In this document: piece after piece, positions 20,015 through 30,550 of the stretch
How the letters are laid out: each line of letters opens with the position of its first letter
Position numbering within the stretch: the stretch's first letter is position 1
NCBI GenBank assembly: GCA_963664405.1
Contig: OY761158.1
Span: forward strand, 6,176,001 to 6,240,000
Source: Thermoanaerobaculia bacterium
GTDB taxonomy: Bacteria > Acidobacteriota > Thermoanaerobaculia > Multivoradales > Multivoraceae
DNA: 64,000 bases
Direction: 5' to 3'
Translations under genes and position numbers: made by a program
Notes under the pieces: model-generated
Told to the model about the DNA's origin: nothing
The model's database searches: none
Seen by the model: the letters and a program-made list of their open reading frames with translations, nothing else

Positions 20015-22813
20015 CTACTGCGAGGGGTAGCCGCCGACCCAGATCGGGCTCGACCAGGCGCTGGCGTCATTTAGCTGGCGCACATGGACGTAGTAGTAGT
20101 CGCCCTGTTTCGGGTCCTCGCTGTCGGTGTGGCTGAATTCGATGTCGCGAGGCCCGTCGGTGACGATGCGCCGCAGGGTGATGGCATCGTCCGGGTAATT
20201 CTCGATCGGCATCTTGCGCTCGAGCCGGCCACCGCTGAGGTCCGACAACCGTAGCTCGACCCGTCCTCCTTCGATGGTGGCAACCGGACGAAAGAAGGGT
20301 GGCGCCGACCCGGTCTCGGCGGCATCTTCCAGCGCGAGCACGAGGGTCGCGCCAGGCTGTACCTTCGACAGTGTGAGCCGTAGCGAGCTCGAGTCGCCCC
20401 GTGTATTAGTAGTGAAGCGAGCACCGTTCGCGTGCGGCTCCAGCGATTGGGTGGTTGCGTTGACGAAATCGGACGCTGAGATTGCATCGACGTTTGCTCC
20501 GGTCACCGTCAAGTCGCCGCGCCAGTGCCGCCAGCCTCGAGGTGCGTCTCCGGCATGCAAAGGAGTCTCTTCGGAGTAGAAAGAGAGCAGCAACTCCATC
20601 ACTCCGCCGCCCCGCCCCTCCGCCGAGGAATACTCTCGCTGCCAGATCGCGGTGTCGTTTTTCATCAGACGGATCGACGCGACAGGGGCAGTGCCGATGA
20701 CCCGTCCCCGAATCTCCCTGGTTTCGGCAAAGAGCGCTCGTTGGCCCATCGGAACATCGTTCACCTTCATGTCGAGGATGATCCGGTCACCGGTCGTCGC
20801 GTAGGTCTTTCGCTCCTTCATCGAGTCGAAGATCGCGTCCCGAGATCGCTCCGGCGCCATCACCGCGCCCAGGCCGCCGCGCTGGGCGAGCGAGTTCCGA
20901 GTGGGCGCTGAATAGCCTGGGTGCGAGAGATGGTCGTCGGAGGCGGCGACCACTCCCACTTGATGGCCGTGGGATAGATACGCCTGCATGAACCACTCGA
21001 AAGAGCCGTGCATCGACATCATCTCGACCAGGGTCTCGAGCTTCACGTCCGACTGGCGGTAGTCGCCGGGGTTGTGCGCGTGGGGAATGACCAGCACATC
21101 CGCCGGGTCGTAACGCTCCTTCAGCTCCTTGTAGAGCTCCGACAAACCGGGGAATTCGAGCCCAGACACCCGCTCCTGGTTGCCGACGGTACGGAAGAGG
21201 ACGTTGTGATGGCCGCCGAAGCGAGCGTGACGGGTCCACTCCCACCCCAGATAAGGAATGAATCTCCCGGGGTCGTCGAATGCCGCGGAGGTCTTGCGCA
21301 TCAGTTCCCACTCGCCGTCGTCGAGCCAGCTGTCGTGCTCGGAATGGGTGACGAAGTCGAGGCGGGCGTCATCCCGAGCGAAGGTCAGATAGAAGTCGAT
21401 GGTGCCGATGCCTTCCGCATAGCCGGAGTGGCCATGGGTGTCGCCCCAGTAGATGCCGTAGTCAGGGTCGTCGAGAGCCAGAATCGGGTTGGCCTCGCCG
21501 GTGATCGCTCCGTCCGCCGAGCGCAGCGTGATCCAGTGAGCCCCAGCGCACTCCAGTGACATGTCGACCACCGTGATCGCGTCGTCGCCGGCGGCGGTGG
21601 AGGAGTGGGGCTCGCCGTCGACCAGGATGTCGAAAGCCGGAATGTCGCCGGTGGCGCGATTGTAGAAGGCGTCTTCGGCGCGTACCGAGAGCTCGAAGGC
21701 TTCGCCCGTTTTGACGATGCTCGGGGCGAAACCATGGACTCCCGCGACTTCGTTGCCGATGACGACAAAGGGCTGGATCGGTAGCGGCCGCCATTCCCCG
21801 GAACCGTCGAGATCGACGTAGAGGGGAAGCGGCATGCGGACACCGGTCATGCTAGGCATCAGAACGCCCTGGCCTCCGCCACTGGTATCGCCATAGGTGA
21901 TGGTGACGGTTTCGCCTGGATCGATCTGGCCCTCAGCAAGGCGAAACGCGACCGCCGGCTCAGGTGCCCGGAATCCGCCGTGGGGGCCCGAAGCCATATA
22001 CACCTCGACCTCGAAGGCGGCATCCCCGTCGCTGCTCTCGATCGAGATATAGCCTTCGGCGGCCGGGTCGTCGGCTTGAAAAGGGCCGAAGTTGGGGTTG
22101 AAGTGTCGCGCCACCCAGAAGCCGCCTCCGGTCTCGACCGGATGGGTGCCGGCGGTCCAGGTCTGCCTGAGGGTGGCGTAGGTACGCGCTTCGAAGGGTC
22201 CAAGGGACTCGGCAACGAGCTCGCCAAGAGCCCCTTCTTCTTCGCGGAGGATGAACTCGCGCACCAACCGGTCGACTCTCGCCGCTGACACGATCGCCGC
22301 TTGGCCGGTCGGGGGGAGGGTGGCGACGATGCGGACTGCGGGGCCCTCGAGCCCGACATCACCGCCGGCCAGCGCGTAGGCGTCGGCCCAATCGGCAAGG
22401 ACCCTGGCACGCTCCGCCACGTTGGTTTCATCCGACGGTGCGGCGGCAACGGCGGATTTGAGCTGGTCGACTTTGGCGCGGAGCTCGGCGTCGAGGTAAT
22501 CCCCGGCTCCGTCGCCGGGTCCGGGCGCGCAGGCGGCGGTGAGTAGCAAAACGAAGCAGGCGATTGCTAGACCAGCGTTTCCAAAGTTCGTGTCGCATAG
22601 CTCGAGGTCATTCTGTTCGCTGGCCAGGCGCGCCGACGCAGGCATATTGGGCAATATATCGAGGAGCGCGGGGCTCCCAGCCAACGCCGCCAGCGGGCAG
22701 AAGGGGCCGAGATATGTGCGCGAACTTTGGAAACGCTGGTCTAGGGTGTCGCGTTGCCGAGGGCTAGAGGTCAGACTCGAGTTTTCGACCCATCTTGGCT
22801 TGCGTTCACACAT
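20015..22813 (-). CDS. DUF3604/PHP-like secreted metalloprotein, lipoprotein-like, with in-frame MITE in the signal region
   Basis: YWGDTHGHS, SEHD, EWT...GGHHNV, IPHAH, SDDH, YATTG, WSSPIW. Probable ATG at 22813; start is uncertain. Confidence 0.8.
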   Translation of the reverse strand: MCERKPRWVENSSLTSSPRQRDTLDQRFQSSRTYLGPFCPLAALAGSPALLDILPNMPASARLASEQNDLELCDTNFGNAGLAIACFVLLLTAACAPGPGDGAGDYLDAELRAKVDQLKSAVAAAPSDETNVAERARVLADWADAYALAGGDVGLEGPAVRIVATLPPTGQAAIVSAARVDRLVREFILREEEGALGELVAESLGPFEARTYATLRQTWTAGTHPVETGGGFWVARHFNPNFGPFQADDPAAEGYISIESSDGDAAFEVEVYMASGPHGGFRAPEPAVAFRLAEGQIDPGETVTITYGDTSGGGQGVLMPSMTGVRMPLPLYVDLDGSGEWRPLPIQPFVVIGNEVAGVHGFAPSIVKTGEAFELSVRAEDAFYNRATGDIPAFDILVDGEPHSSTAAGDDAITVVDMSLECAGAHWITLRSADGAITGEANPILALDDPDYGIYWGDTHGHSGYAEGIGTIDFYLTFARDDARLDFVTHSEHDSWLDDGEWELMRKTSAAFDDPGRFIPYLGWEWTRHARFGGHHNVLFRTVGNQERVSGLEFPGLSELYKELKERYDPADVLVIPHAHNPGDYRQSDVKLETLVEMMSMHGSFEWFMQAYLSHGHQVGVVAASDDHLSHPGYSAPTRNSLAQRGGLGAVMAPERSRDAIFDSMKERKTYATTGDRIILDMKVNDVPMGQRALFAETREIRGRVIGTAPVASIRLMKNDTAIWQREYSSAEGRGGGVMELLLSFYSEETPLHAGDAPRGWRHWRGDLTVTGANVDAISASDFVNATTQSLEPHANGARFTTNTRGDSSSLRLTLSKVQPGATLVLALEDAAETGSAPPFFRPVATIEGGRVELRLSDLSGGRLERKMPIENYPDDAITLRRIVTDGPRDIEFSHTDSEDPKQGDYYYVHVRQLNDASAWSSPIWVGGYPSQ
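22567..22744. mobile_element. ERIC-like MITE copy E1
   Basis: 24-bp perfect TIR CTAGACCAGCGTTTCCAAAGTTCG; core shared with E2-E5. Confidence 0.85.
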
Positions 22814-22901
22814 CCTGATCTCCGTGCTTGTTGGGCGGCCTTCCGCGGCGGGTGCCAGAGCATACGCTAAGCTCGTTCCAACCCAGGAGATCGGCAGCGC
22901 G

Positions 22902-24459
22902 ATGTATCCAGGCACGCATGCACAGAGCTTCCCCGACAAGCCGGCAGTCATCATGGCCGGGTCCGGGCGCGCCGTTACCTATGGCGAGTTGGACGAGCGC
23001 TCGAACCGGCTGGCGCAGCTCTGGTGGGACCAGGGGCTACGGCCTGGAGATCACGTCGCCATCTTGATGGAGAACAACCCGCGCTACTACGACGTCTACT
23101 GGGCGGCGATGCTCCGGGCTCTACCTGACGACGATCAATCGCTACCTGACCGCCGAGGAGGCGGCCTACATCGTCGGCGACTGCGGTGCGCAGTCGATCG
23201 TCGCTTCCGCCGCGCTGCGCGAGGTCTGCGAGGAGCTCGCCGACCGTATTCCCTCCTGCCCGCGGCGGCTCATGGTCGACGGTGTTGCCGACGGCTGGGA
23301 CGCCTACGAAGACGCGACCGCCGCCTATCCGGCGCAAAAGCTGGCCGAGGAGCCGCGCGGCATGACCATGCTCTACAGCTCCGGAACGACCGGCCGTCCC
23401 AAGGGCATCAAACGCCCGCTCTCCGGTCTCATGGCCTACGATGCCGATGAGCGCGCCGACCTCTTTCTGCGCGGCCTCTTCGGGATCACCGAGGCGTCCA
23501 CCTACCTCTCCCCGGCGCCCCTCTACCACGCCGCTCCGCTGGGCTTCACCGCCGGCACGCAGCGCCAGGGTGGCACTGTCGTCGTCATGGAGCGCTTCGA
23601 CGAGGAGCTGGCGCTGCGTTATATCGAGCAGTACGAGATTACGGTGAGCCAGTGGGTGCCGACGATGTTCGTGCGTATGCTCAAGCTCGAAGAGGAAGCT
23701 CGCCACCGGCACGATCTCTCCAGTCACCAGAGGGCGATTCACGCCGCCGCTCCCTGCCCTGTCGAGGTGAAGCGACGGATGATCGAGTGGTGGGGACCGA
23801 TCCTGCTCGAGTACTACGCCGGCACCGAGGGCAACGGCACCTGTTTCATCGACTCGCAGACTTGGCTGGAGAGGCCGGGGTCGGTCGGCCAGGCGGCCAA
23901 CGCAACACTTCATATCTGTGACGACGAAGGCGACGAGGTCGCGGCCGGCACGGAGGGCGTCATCTACTTCGAACAGGATCCCGACATCCCACTCTTCGAA
24001 TACCACAACGACGAAGAGGGGACCGTCGGCTCGCGTAACCCCAGAAACGAACGTTGGACCACCCTCGGCGACGTCGGCTACGTCGACGAAGACGGCTTCC
24101 TCTTTCTCACCGACCGCAAGGCGTTCATGATCATCTCGGGCGGTGTCAACATCTACCCGCAGGAGATCGAGAACGCCTTGATCATGCACCCCAAAGTCGC
24201 CGACGTGGCGGTGATCGGCGTGCCCAGTGAAGAGATGGGCGAAGAGGTCAAGGCGGTGGTGCAGCTCCGAGAGCCCCTGTCGGCCGGCGAAGAGGTCGCC
24301 CAGGAGCTGATCGCCTACTCGCGTGAGCACGTCGCGGCCTACAAGGTGCCGCGCTCAGTGGACTTCGAAGAGGAGCTGCCTCGCCTGCCCACGGGCAAGC
24401 TCTACAAGCGCCTTCTACGCGACCGCTACTGGGGCAACCACGGCTCCCGCATCGTCTGA
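22902..24459 (+). pseudogene. Acyl-CoA synthetase (AMP-binding, FadD-like), frameshifted
   Basis: MYPGTHA..PDKPA start; frame break near 23111 (WAAM|SGLYLTTIN, apparent 2-bp loss); YSSGTTGRPKG, YAGTEG, LPRLPTGK. Confidence 0.85.
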
Positions 24460-24786
24460 CGCTGCGCTGTCGAGAGCCTGAGTGACGATCGCCGAAGAGC
24501 CCTTCTCCCCTCGTCTGGCAGCGATTTCGAGCAGACGTGCACGGTGCTCGGTCTTTGATCTCGATTGCGGTCCTCATTGAGTAAGTCAAACAGACATGCA
24601 GATGCATGTGAGCGCCGAGAGCATCGTAAGGAAGAGATGGCGCAGCTGACTCGGCAAAGCGGGAGCTCCATCGCCGAGACCGCCGGCGAATCTGACGACG
24701 ATCTCGAAGGAAAGACCTGACTCTCCGCGATCGTTCTCTCAACAGAGATGCAAACTACGACGAAAGCCGCAGACCCTCTTTGCAAG

Positions 24787-24807
24787 CTATAACGCGGCAC
24801 GTTATAG
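24787..24807. promoter_or_regulatory. Palindromic operator of higBA
   Basis: CTATAACG-CGGCA-CGTTATAG, 7 bp upstream of the higB start. Confidence 0.7.
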
Positions 24808-24814
24808 TCTCTAA

Positions 24815-25096
24815 GTGATCCGCTCCTTTCGCTCTCGAGAGACCGAGAAGATCTGGGAGGGGGAAGGGTCGCGGCGACTACCCAAGGAAATCCAACCGAC
24901 CGCGCGTCGGAAGCTGAGAATGCTCCACAACGCTCAAAGTCTTCGTGATCTCCGAGTGCCCCCAGCAAACCGCCTGGAACGCCTCAAGGGCGATCGGGCA
25001 GGAGAGTACAGCATCCGCATCAACCAGCGTTGGCGCGTTTGCTTCGAGTGGAAGCAGGGGGACGTATTCGCCGTCGAGATCGTCGACTACCACTGA
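24815..25096 (+). CDS. higB: HigB toxin (RelE superfamily)
   Basis: MIRSF...PPANRLERLKGDRAGEYSIRINQRWRVCF...IVDYH. Confidence 0.93.
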   Translation: MIRSFRSRETEKIWEGEGSRRLPKEIQPTARRKLRMLHNAQSLRDLRVPPANRLERLKGDRAGEYSIRINQRWRVCFEWKQGDVFAVEIVDYH

Positions 25097-25106
25097 GGTT
25101 TCAGCC

Positions 25107-25412
25107 ATGACCGAAAGATTGCCCAACATCCATCCTGGTGAAGTGCTCTTGGAGGAGTTCCTCGAGCCGTTCGGGCTGAGTCAGAACCAGCTTGCGCGGG
25201 AGATCGGTGTTCCGCCGCGGAGAGTCAACGAAATCGTTTTGGGTAAGCGTTCCGTTACCCCCGATACAGCGATGCGCCTGGCCCGTTACTTCGGCAGTTC
25301 GGAACGCTTCTGGCTTGGTCTGCAAACAGACTATGACCTGGAACAAGCGCATCGCGCCTTCGGTGAGACGGTCGAGCGTCAGGTGCAGCCGCGCGCCTCG
25401 GCTCACGCTTAG
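25107..25412 (+). CDS. higA: HigA antitoxin
   Basis: IHPGEVLLEEFL, HTH, FWLGLQTDYDL. Confidence 0.93.
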   Translation: MTERLPNIHPGEVLLEEFLEPFGLSQNQLAREIGVPPRRVNEIVLGKRSVTPDTAMRLARYFGSSERFWLGLQTDYDLEQAHRAFGETVERQVQPRASAHA

Positions 25413-25551
25413 GGAGAGAACACTAGAGCGCCCCCGGGTAGCGCTCCCTTCCCCTTCAAACGGCCTGAATATTCAACATTTGAAGCTCAATGCATTATTT
25501 TGAGTTTTGGTCACGACTACTAGCACAACATATGGTATATTCAATCTTCCT

Positions 25552-27116
25552 CTAGGAGTCTGCGCAGCAGGAGTGCGGGCACGATGAAGCTTCCACCGCG
25601 CTGACGAATGAATGCCGCATTGGGGTTTCGGATGGCGGAGAGTGCGTGGAGCAAGCCTGACGAGGCGTCAGGAAGTGCGATGTGGGTCGTATAGGGAGCT
25701 CTAACTCGGTTGCGTCGGCCCAGCAGCGGCTCATGAAGCCGCTTGGAGGACGTGGAAGCGCTTCAGGTTGACGGCCAGACACACCAGGTCCCACTCATAG
25801 CCGACGTTGTCTTGGCCCCGGAGGCTGAATCTTCGGAAGCCCAGCACCTCTTTGATCCACCCGATCACCGGTTCCACGACCGCCTTGCGCCGTCGGTAGC
25901 GTTGCCGGCCGGCCTCGCTGGCGAGTTTGTTCTGCATGCGGCGAGACGCTGCGAGCTGCCTACTCACCGCACACTTCTTTCCCTCTCGACCCAAGGAGAT
26001 GTAAGCGTCAATGCCTCGCTTCTCGAGCTCGAGCAAGATCGCCTCGCTGCGATACCCCGCGTCCGCCAAGACCTGGTCGGGATCCCCCCCCATCGCCGCC
26101 TTCGCCCGTGACAGCAACGGCATCATCTCGCCCACGTCCGCGGCGTTGTTCGTCAGGCTCGTCGAGACGATCATCTGCGACTCTTCCTCCACCGCCAACT
26201 GGCCGTTGTAGCACTGATCGTAGCCATGGGCCGTTTTCATGATCCGACTCTGCGGATCGGTGAAGTTGTCTTGGGCCCGGTCCTCCGGAACACCAAAATC
26301 GCGCGCGAAGGGCCGCCCGCGACGAGGCGGATCGTCGTCGTCATCCTCCTTACGGCCGCGCTCGCGGTCCTTCTCGGCCTGGCGCGCCTCCAGCCTCTCC
26401 TTCGCCTGCTGGATCTTCGCCAAGCGCTGCTCGCGACGCTGCAGCTCGGCCGGCAGCTCATCGCCGCGCACCTGTGCACCATGCTCCGCATCCTCGGACA
26501 TATCCACCGCCTCGGCCTGCGCCACGAGCTGTGCGATCTCCTCCTCCAGACGCTTCTCCTCCTCCAGCATCCGACCGTAACTCATCGACTTGCGCTTGCT
26601 CGCTGAGGCCTTGACCTTCGTACCGTCCACCACCAACGTCCCCATACGCAGCACCCCTGCCTCACGGGCGATCTGCACCACCTGCACGAACAGCGCCCGG
26701 AACGCCGCTAAATGAAACTGACGAAACTCACATATCGTGCGATGCGCCGGTGAGTTGCCCGCCGCCAGAAAACGATACGCCACGTCCTCCTCGAGCTTCC
26801 GGGCGATGCCACGCGACGAATACGTCCCCGTCGCATAGGCATACAACAAAATCTTCACCATCATCCGAGGATCGAAAGGCTGATTCCGACGACCATCCCC
26901 CTCGTAGCGGGCATAAAACGACGACAGATCCAGCGCCTCAACCGTCTCGGACAGGAAGTACACCAAGTGACCTTCCGGCAACCACTCACGAGGGCTCGGA
27001 GAGAGCAGATACAGCTGATCCGGTGCATACGGACGAAATGACGTCGGCATGATCCAACTCTACGACGTCTTCGATCTTTTCACTAAACACCCCGTTTCTG
27101 CCGCGCAGACTCCTAG
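25552..27116 (-). mobile_element. IS1182-family insertion sequence
   Basis: Ends CTAGGAGTCTGCGCAGCAG / CTGCCGCGCAGACTCCTAG; CTAG at both ends; single transposase gene. Confidence 0.9.
25731..27050 (-). CDS. IS1182-family transposase
   Basis: PRMMVKILLYAY...SSR.I...EED (DUF772), VDGTKVKASAS, TDP.SRIMK, ADAGY, RRK..VEPV.G.IK. Confidence 0.93.
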   Translation of the reverse strand: MPTSFRPYAPDQLYLLSPSPREWLPEGHLVYFLSETVEALDLSSFYARYEGDGRRNQPFDPRMMVKILLYAYATGTYSSRGIARKLEEDVAYRFLAAGNSPAHRTICEFRQFHLAAFRALFVQVVQIAREAGVLRMGTLVVDGTKVKASASKRKSMSYGRMLEEEKRLEEEIAQLVAQAEAVDMSEDAEHGAQVRGDELPAELQRREQRLAKIQQAKERLEARQAEKDRERGRKEDDDDDPPRRGRPFARDFGVPEDRAQDNFTDPQSRIMKTAHGYDQCYNGQLAVEEESQMIVSTSLTNNAADVGEMMPLLSRAKAAMGGDPDQVLADAGYRSEAILLELEKRGIDAYISLGREGKKCAVSRQLAASRRMQNKLASEAGRQRYRRRKAVVEPVIGWIKEVLGFRRFSLRGQDNVGYEWDLVCLAVNLKRFHVLQAAS

Positions 27117-27143
27117 CCCCCCCCCTGTATACAACATATGGGA

Positions 27144-27158
27144 TGGCATCGTCTTTGC
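27144..27158 (+). promoter_or_regulatory. Sigma-54 (-24/-12) promoter of TonB receptor 1
   Basis: TGGCATCGTCTTTGC = GG-N10-GC; conserved upstream of the paralog. Confidence 0.7.
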
Positions 27159-27314
27159 GTTATGTTTTAAGGCGTTTGTTTGAAACCGGCCCCGAACGCT
27201 GGATAGTAGAACCGCTCTTCCCACATAAATTAGGAGTTTCATCTGCCGCCGGCCCCCTGAGGCTCTGCCCAACGCCCGGTGGACACGTCAAGTCGAGACT
27301 TTGGAGGATCCGTC

Positions 27315-30038
27315 ATGAAAGCCACCGCATTTAGATCACTCGTCCTGATCGCTTCCCTCTGTCTCTGCGCTCTACCGCTATCGGCGGACGGTCCGTCGAC
27401 CGCAACCATCGACGGCCGCGTCCTCGACGCCCAGGGGCAAGCCCTGCCCGGGGCGACGGTGACCCTCGAGGGTCCGCAGAGAACGACGAGCACCATGTCC
27501 GATGCCGAAGGGCGGTATCGCTTCGCGCTCCTGCAGGCAGGGGAGTTCACCGTCACCGCCGAGCTGGAGGGGCTGGGGGCGGCCGAGCTGGCGACCACGC
27601 TCGCTCCGGGTGAGCGCCGTGGCGTCGACCTCACTTTGGAAGGGGGAACCGCGGAAGAGATCACCGTCACCGGCGAAGCGGCGCTGATAAGCAAGTACGA
27701 AACCGGCTCCGTCAGCTCACTGAAGTCGGAGGTGATCGAGAACGTTGCCTTCGTGACTCGCTTCTATGCCTCCACCCTTCGCGCGCTTCCCGGCGTGGTG
27801 AACAGAAACGAGCTCGACACTACGTCCGGAATCAACGGCGGCATTTACACCGAGACGCAGGTCTTGATCGAAGGTGTGGACACCTCGAACACGCGCGGTG
27901 GGGGTACGATGAGCGTGATCATGCCGGCGTCGGCGCTGTCCGAGACCAGGCTCGAATCGATGGGCTACGGCGCCGAGTACGGCCGGGCGACCGGCGGCAT
28001 CATCAACTCGACCGTCAAGACCGGCACCAACAACTTTCACGGCGATTTTCTCTACATCGGCCAGAATCCGAAGTGGAGAGCCGAGAACCAGTTTCAGTTG
28101 GAGCGGCCGGACGACCAGGTCAACAGCTACGAGACGTCGCTGGGCGGGCCCATCTTGCGCCAAAAGGCGTGGTTCTTTGCCGCCTACGCCGAGATGACCG
28201 AAAACCTCCTGGACCAATTAGCGAGCGGCGACGTGGTTGACCGCAGTCACACCTCGGAGCCCCGCATCCTCAAGCTCAACTACCAGCCTAGCGATCGCCA
28301 CCAGCTGGCGGGGACGTGGATCGATTCGCGCGGCGAGTCCCTCGCCAACACGTCTGTCACCGGCGACCGTGCTGCCATCACGCTCCGTCCGCTCTACGCG
28401 CAGGTACTGACCGGGAGCTGGAGCTTCGCCGCTACCAGCTCGACCTTCATCGAGGTCAAGGTATCCGAGCACAAATTTCTCTTTCCTCGCACTCTCAAAT
28501 TCCCCAAGGATCCGGCGACACTGTGCCCCGAGTGCTCCGACAATCCGGTCGACAACAATTTCCGCTACCGCGATCGGGCGCAAAGTAACGTTCGCTTTAA
28601 CGGCGTGGTGAGCGGCCAGGGGATCGGCCACAACACCTTCCCTCGCGACACGGCCCATGGCTCGGCGACCTTGTTCAAGGGGCGCAACGAGATCAAGTTC
28701 GGCATCGACATCCAGGACATCGCGTACGAGAATTTGGGCAACCCGGGCAAGGAGTATCGCGGCAGCAACTTCTGTTTTGAATGCCCCGGAGGCTTCCTGA
28801 GACCGCAGCGCAAGCGGGTCTTCTTGCCGTCCGTGGCGTCGCGTACCGAGGGTGTCGTGGGCTCGGCCTATGTGCAGGACCGCTTGGACGTCGGTGATCG
28901 CTGGAGCCTCCACATGGGCGTGCGCTACGACGCCGAGACGATCGATAACGACGTCGGCACGCAGGTCCACGATACCTCAGACATCGCACCCCGTCTGACC
29001 GTGGTCTACGACGTCAAGGCCGACGGCAAGCTGCTGGTGCGCGGCAGCGTCGGGCGCTTCTACCAGATCGTCGGCCTGGATTTCGCCTTCCGCGAGTTCA
29101 GTGCGCTACCCGTTGGGAATCAGAGCTACGACGAGTTCAATTGGAATCCCGCCACCGAGCTCTACGATAGGTTCCGCACGAGCAGGAGGCCGGCGTTCGA
29201 GACCCAGACCCTGCAGCCGGTCGAGAACCCCTACAAGGACCAGGTCGCGGTTGGCGTGGACTGGCAGCTGGCCCAGAACTGGGTCTTCAAGTCGAGCCTG
29301 GTGTACCACGAGACCGACGACGTCTTCTTCGGCAACGACCAGTACATGGACAACGGCACCGGCATCGCGCGCCTGGTGCAGAACTGGCCCGGTGCCTTTC
29401 GCGAATATTCGGGAGTCAGCCTCGAGCTCAATCGCAGGTTCCGCGGCGGCTGGACGTTCCGGTCCAACCTGACGGTGGGCGACGCCGAAGGGAATACCGA
29501 CACCACCAACAGCCTCGAGAGCCTGTTCGAGGGCCTCGGCGGCCTCGAGCTGCCGAACCAAACGGTGCAGGACGCGGGTATTGCACCTGGCGCGACCGAC
29601 GCCACCGCCAGGTTCCGGGCCGGGCGCATGCGTCACGATATCGATCGGCTCAACCTCATCGCCATGAAGCAATTTCAGTTCGGCAGGCAGGCCCTGACCC
29701 TGGGTGGCTTTTTCGCCGTCAGCAGCGGCAGGTACTTCGGCGGGACTGCCTCCACCACCGTAGCGCATCCGGTGACCGGTCTCGAGATCGACACCGAGAC
29801 CCGCGTCGAGCCGCGCGACGGCCAGCAGCTGGACGGCATCTATACGCTCGACTTCTCGGCGATGTGGTCGTTCCCGATCAAGGGTCCGGTGGAAGGGCAG
29901 CTCGGCTTCGAGGTCGCCAACATCACCGACGAGCAGGAGGTGCTCGAGATCGACACCAATACCCTTCAGCCCATCAACGCGCTCCGGGCCTGGCAGCGGC
30001 CGCGCGAGTTTCGTCTCAAGGTTGGGATTCGTTTCTAG
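27315..30038 (+). CDS. TonB-dependent receptor (Oar-like, N-terminal carboxypeptidase regulatory-like domain)
   Basis: Signal peptide, GRVLDAQG.ALPGATVT, AEYGRATGGIIN..VKTGTN, C-terminal VGIRF. ATG 27315 with RBS GGAGG. Confidence 0.92.
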   Translation: MKATAFRSLVLIASLCLCALPLSADGPSTATIDGRVLDAQGQALPGATVTLEGPQRTTSTMSDAEGRYRFALLQAGEFTVTAELEGLGAAELATTLAPGERRGVDLTLEGGTAEEITVTGEAALISKYETGSVSSLKSEVIENVAFVTRFYASTLRALPGVVNRNELDTTSGINGGIYTETQVLIEGVDTSNTRGGGTMSVIMPASALSETRLESMGYGAEYGRATGGIINSTVKTGTNNFHGDFLYIGQNPKWRAENQFQLERPDDQVNSYETSLGGPILRQKAWFFAAYAEMTENLLDQLASGDVVDRSHTSEPRILKLNYQPSDRHQLAGTWIDSRGESLANTSVTGDRAAITLRPLYAQVLTGSWSFAATSSTFIEVKVSEHKFLFPRTLKFPKDPATLCPECSDNPVDNNFRYRDRAQSNVRFNGVVSGQGIGHNTFPRDTAHGSATLFKGRNEIKFGIDIQDIAYENLGNPGKEYRGSNFCFECPGGFLRPQRKRVFLPSVASRTEGVVGSAYVQDRLDVGDRWSLHMGVRYDAETIDNDVGTQVHDTSDIAPRLTVVYDVKADGKLLVRGSVGRFYQIVGLDFAFREFSALPVGNQSYDEFNWNPATELYDRFRTSRRPAFETQTLQPVENPYKDQVAVGVDWQLAQNWVFKSSLVYHETDDVFFGNDQYMDNGTGIARLVQNWPGAFREYSGVSLELNRRFRGGWTFRSNLTVGDAEGNTDTTNSLESLFEGLGGLELPNQTVQDAGIAPGATDATARFRAGRMRHDIDRLNLIAMKQFQFGRQALTLGGFFAVSSGRYFGGTASTTVAHPVTGLEIDTETRVEPRDGQQLDGIYTLDFSAMWSFPIKGPVEGQLGFEVANITDEQEVLEIDTNTLQPINALRAWQRPREFRLKVGIRF

Positions 30039-30155
30039 GTTTCCAAGCTCTGTCTCGGGGCGGGTGGCGCTCCGGCGCTCCCGCCTCGCGACGGTCTTTC
30101 GGCCCGGGTAGCCCCGGATCTTCGTCTCGACGAGATGGGGCAGGTGAGCTAGCCT

Positions 30156-30354
30156 CTAGCCTGGACTATTCATGGAGCTCCTACTGCGGTGCCCCAGCTG
30201 CCTGAATCTACTGCGTTGCGCTCGGACTGGGCGTCCCCGTCGCGCCCCTCGACGTACTGCCAAATACGCCTGCGGTGCCCTCGGTCGCGACGCCTTGTAT
30301 CTCCCCGGGCATCTGCGGCACCTCGCTACGGACCTCATGAATAATCCAGGCTAG
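30156..30354. mobile_element. ERIC-like MITE copy E2
   Basis: TIR CTAGCCTGGA(C/T)TATTCATG (18/19); core GCGTTGCG...CCTCGACGTA...TACGCCTGCG...CGCCTTG. Confidence 0.8.
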
Positions 30355-30518
30355 GAGTATGACCGAGTAACCTAGATGCTGAATTTCCCGCTCCACTGGA
30401 TGTCCGCGAGACACAGAAATCTGCTGGTACGCTCCACTCAGAGGCCGAAGAAACAAAAAATCTTCCGCACCTGGTCCATTCGATGATCGGCCGAGGTATT
30501 ACTTGGACAGACTCCTAG
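30351..30518. mobile_element. Non-autonomous MITE with IS1182-like ends
   Basis: Left CTAGGAGTATGACCGAGTAA vs right (reverse complement) CTAGGAGTCTGTCCAAGTAA, 17/20 match. The right end shares CTAGGAGTCTG with the IS1182 ends. Confidence 0.7.
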
Positions 30519-30550
30519 CTCTCCCCATCAGATCAAAACAGGAGAACGAC

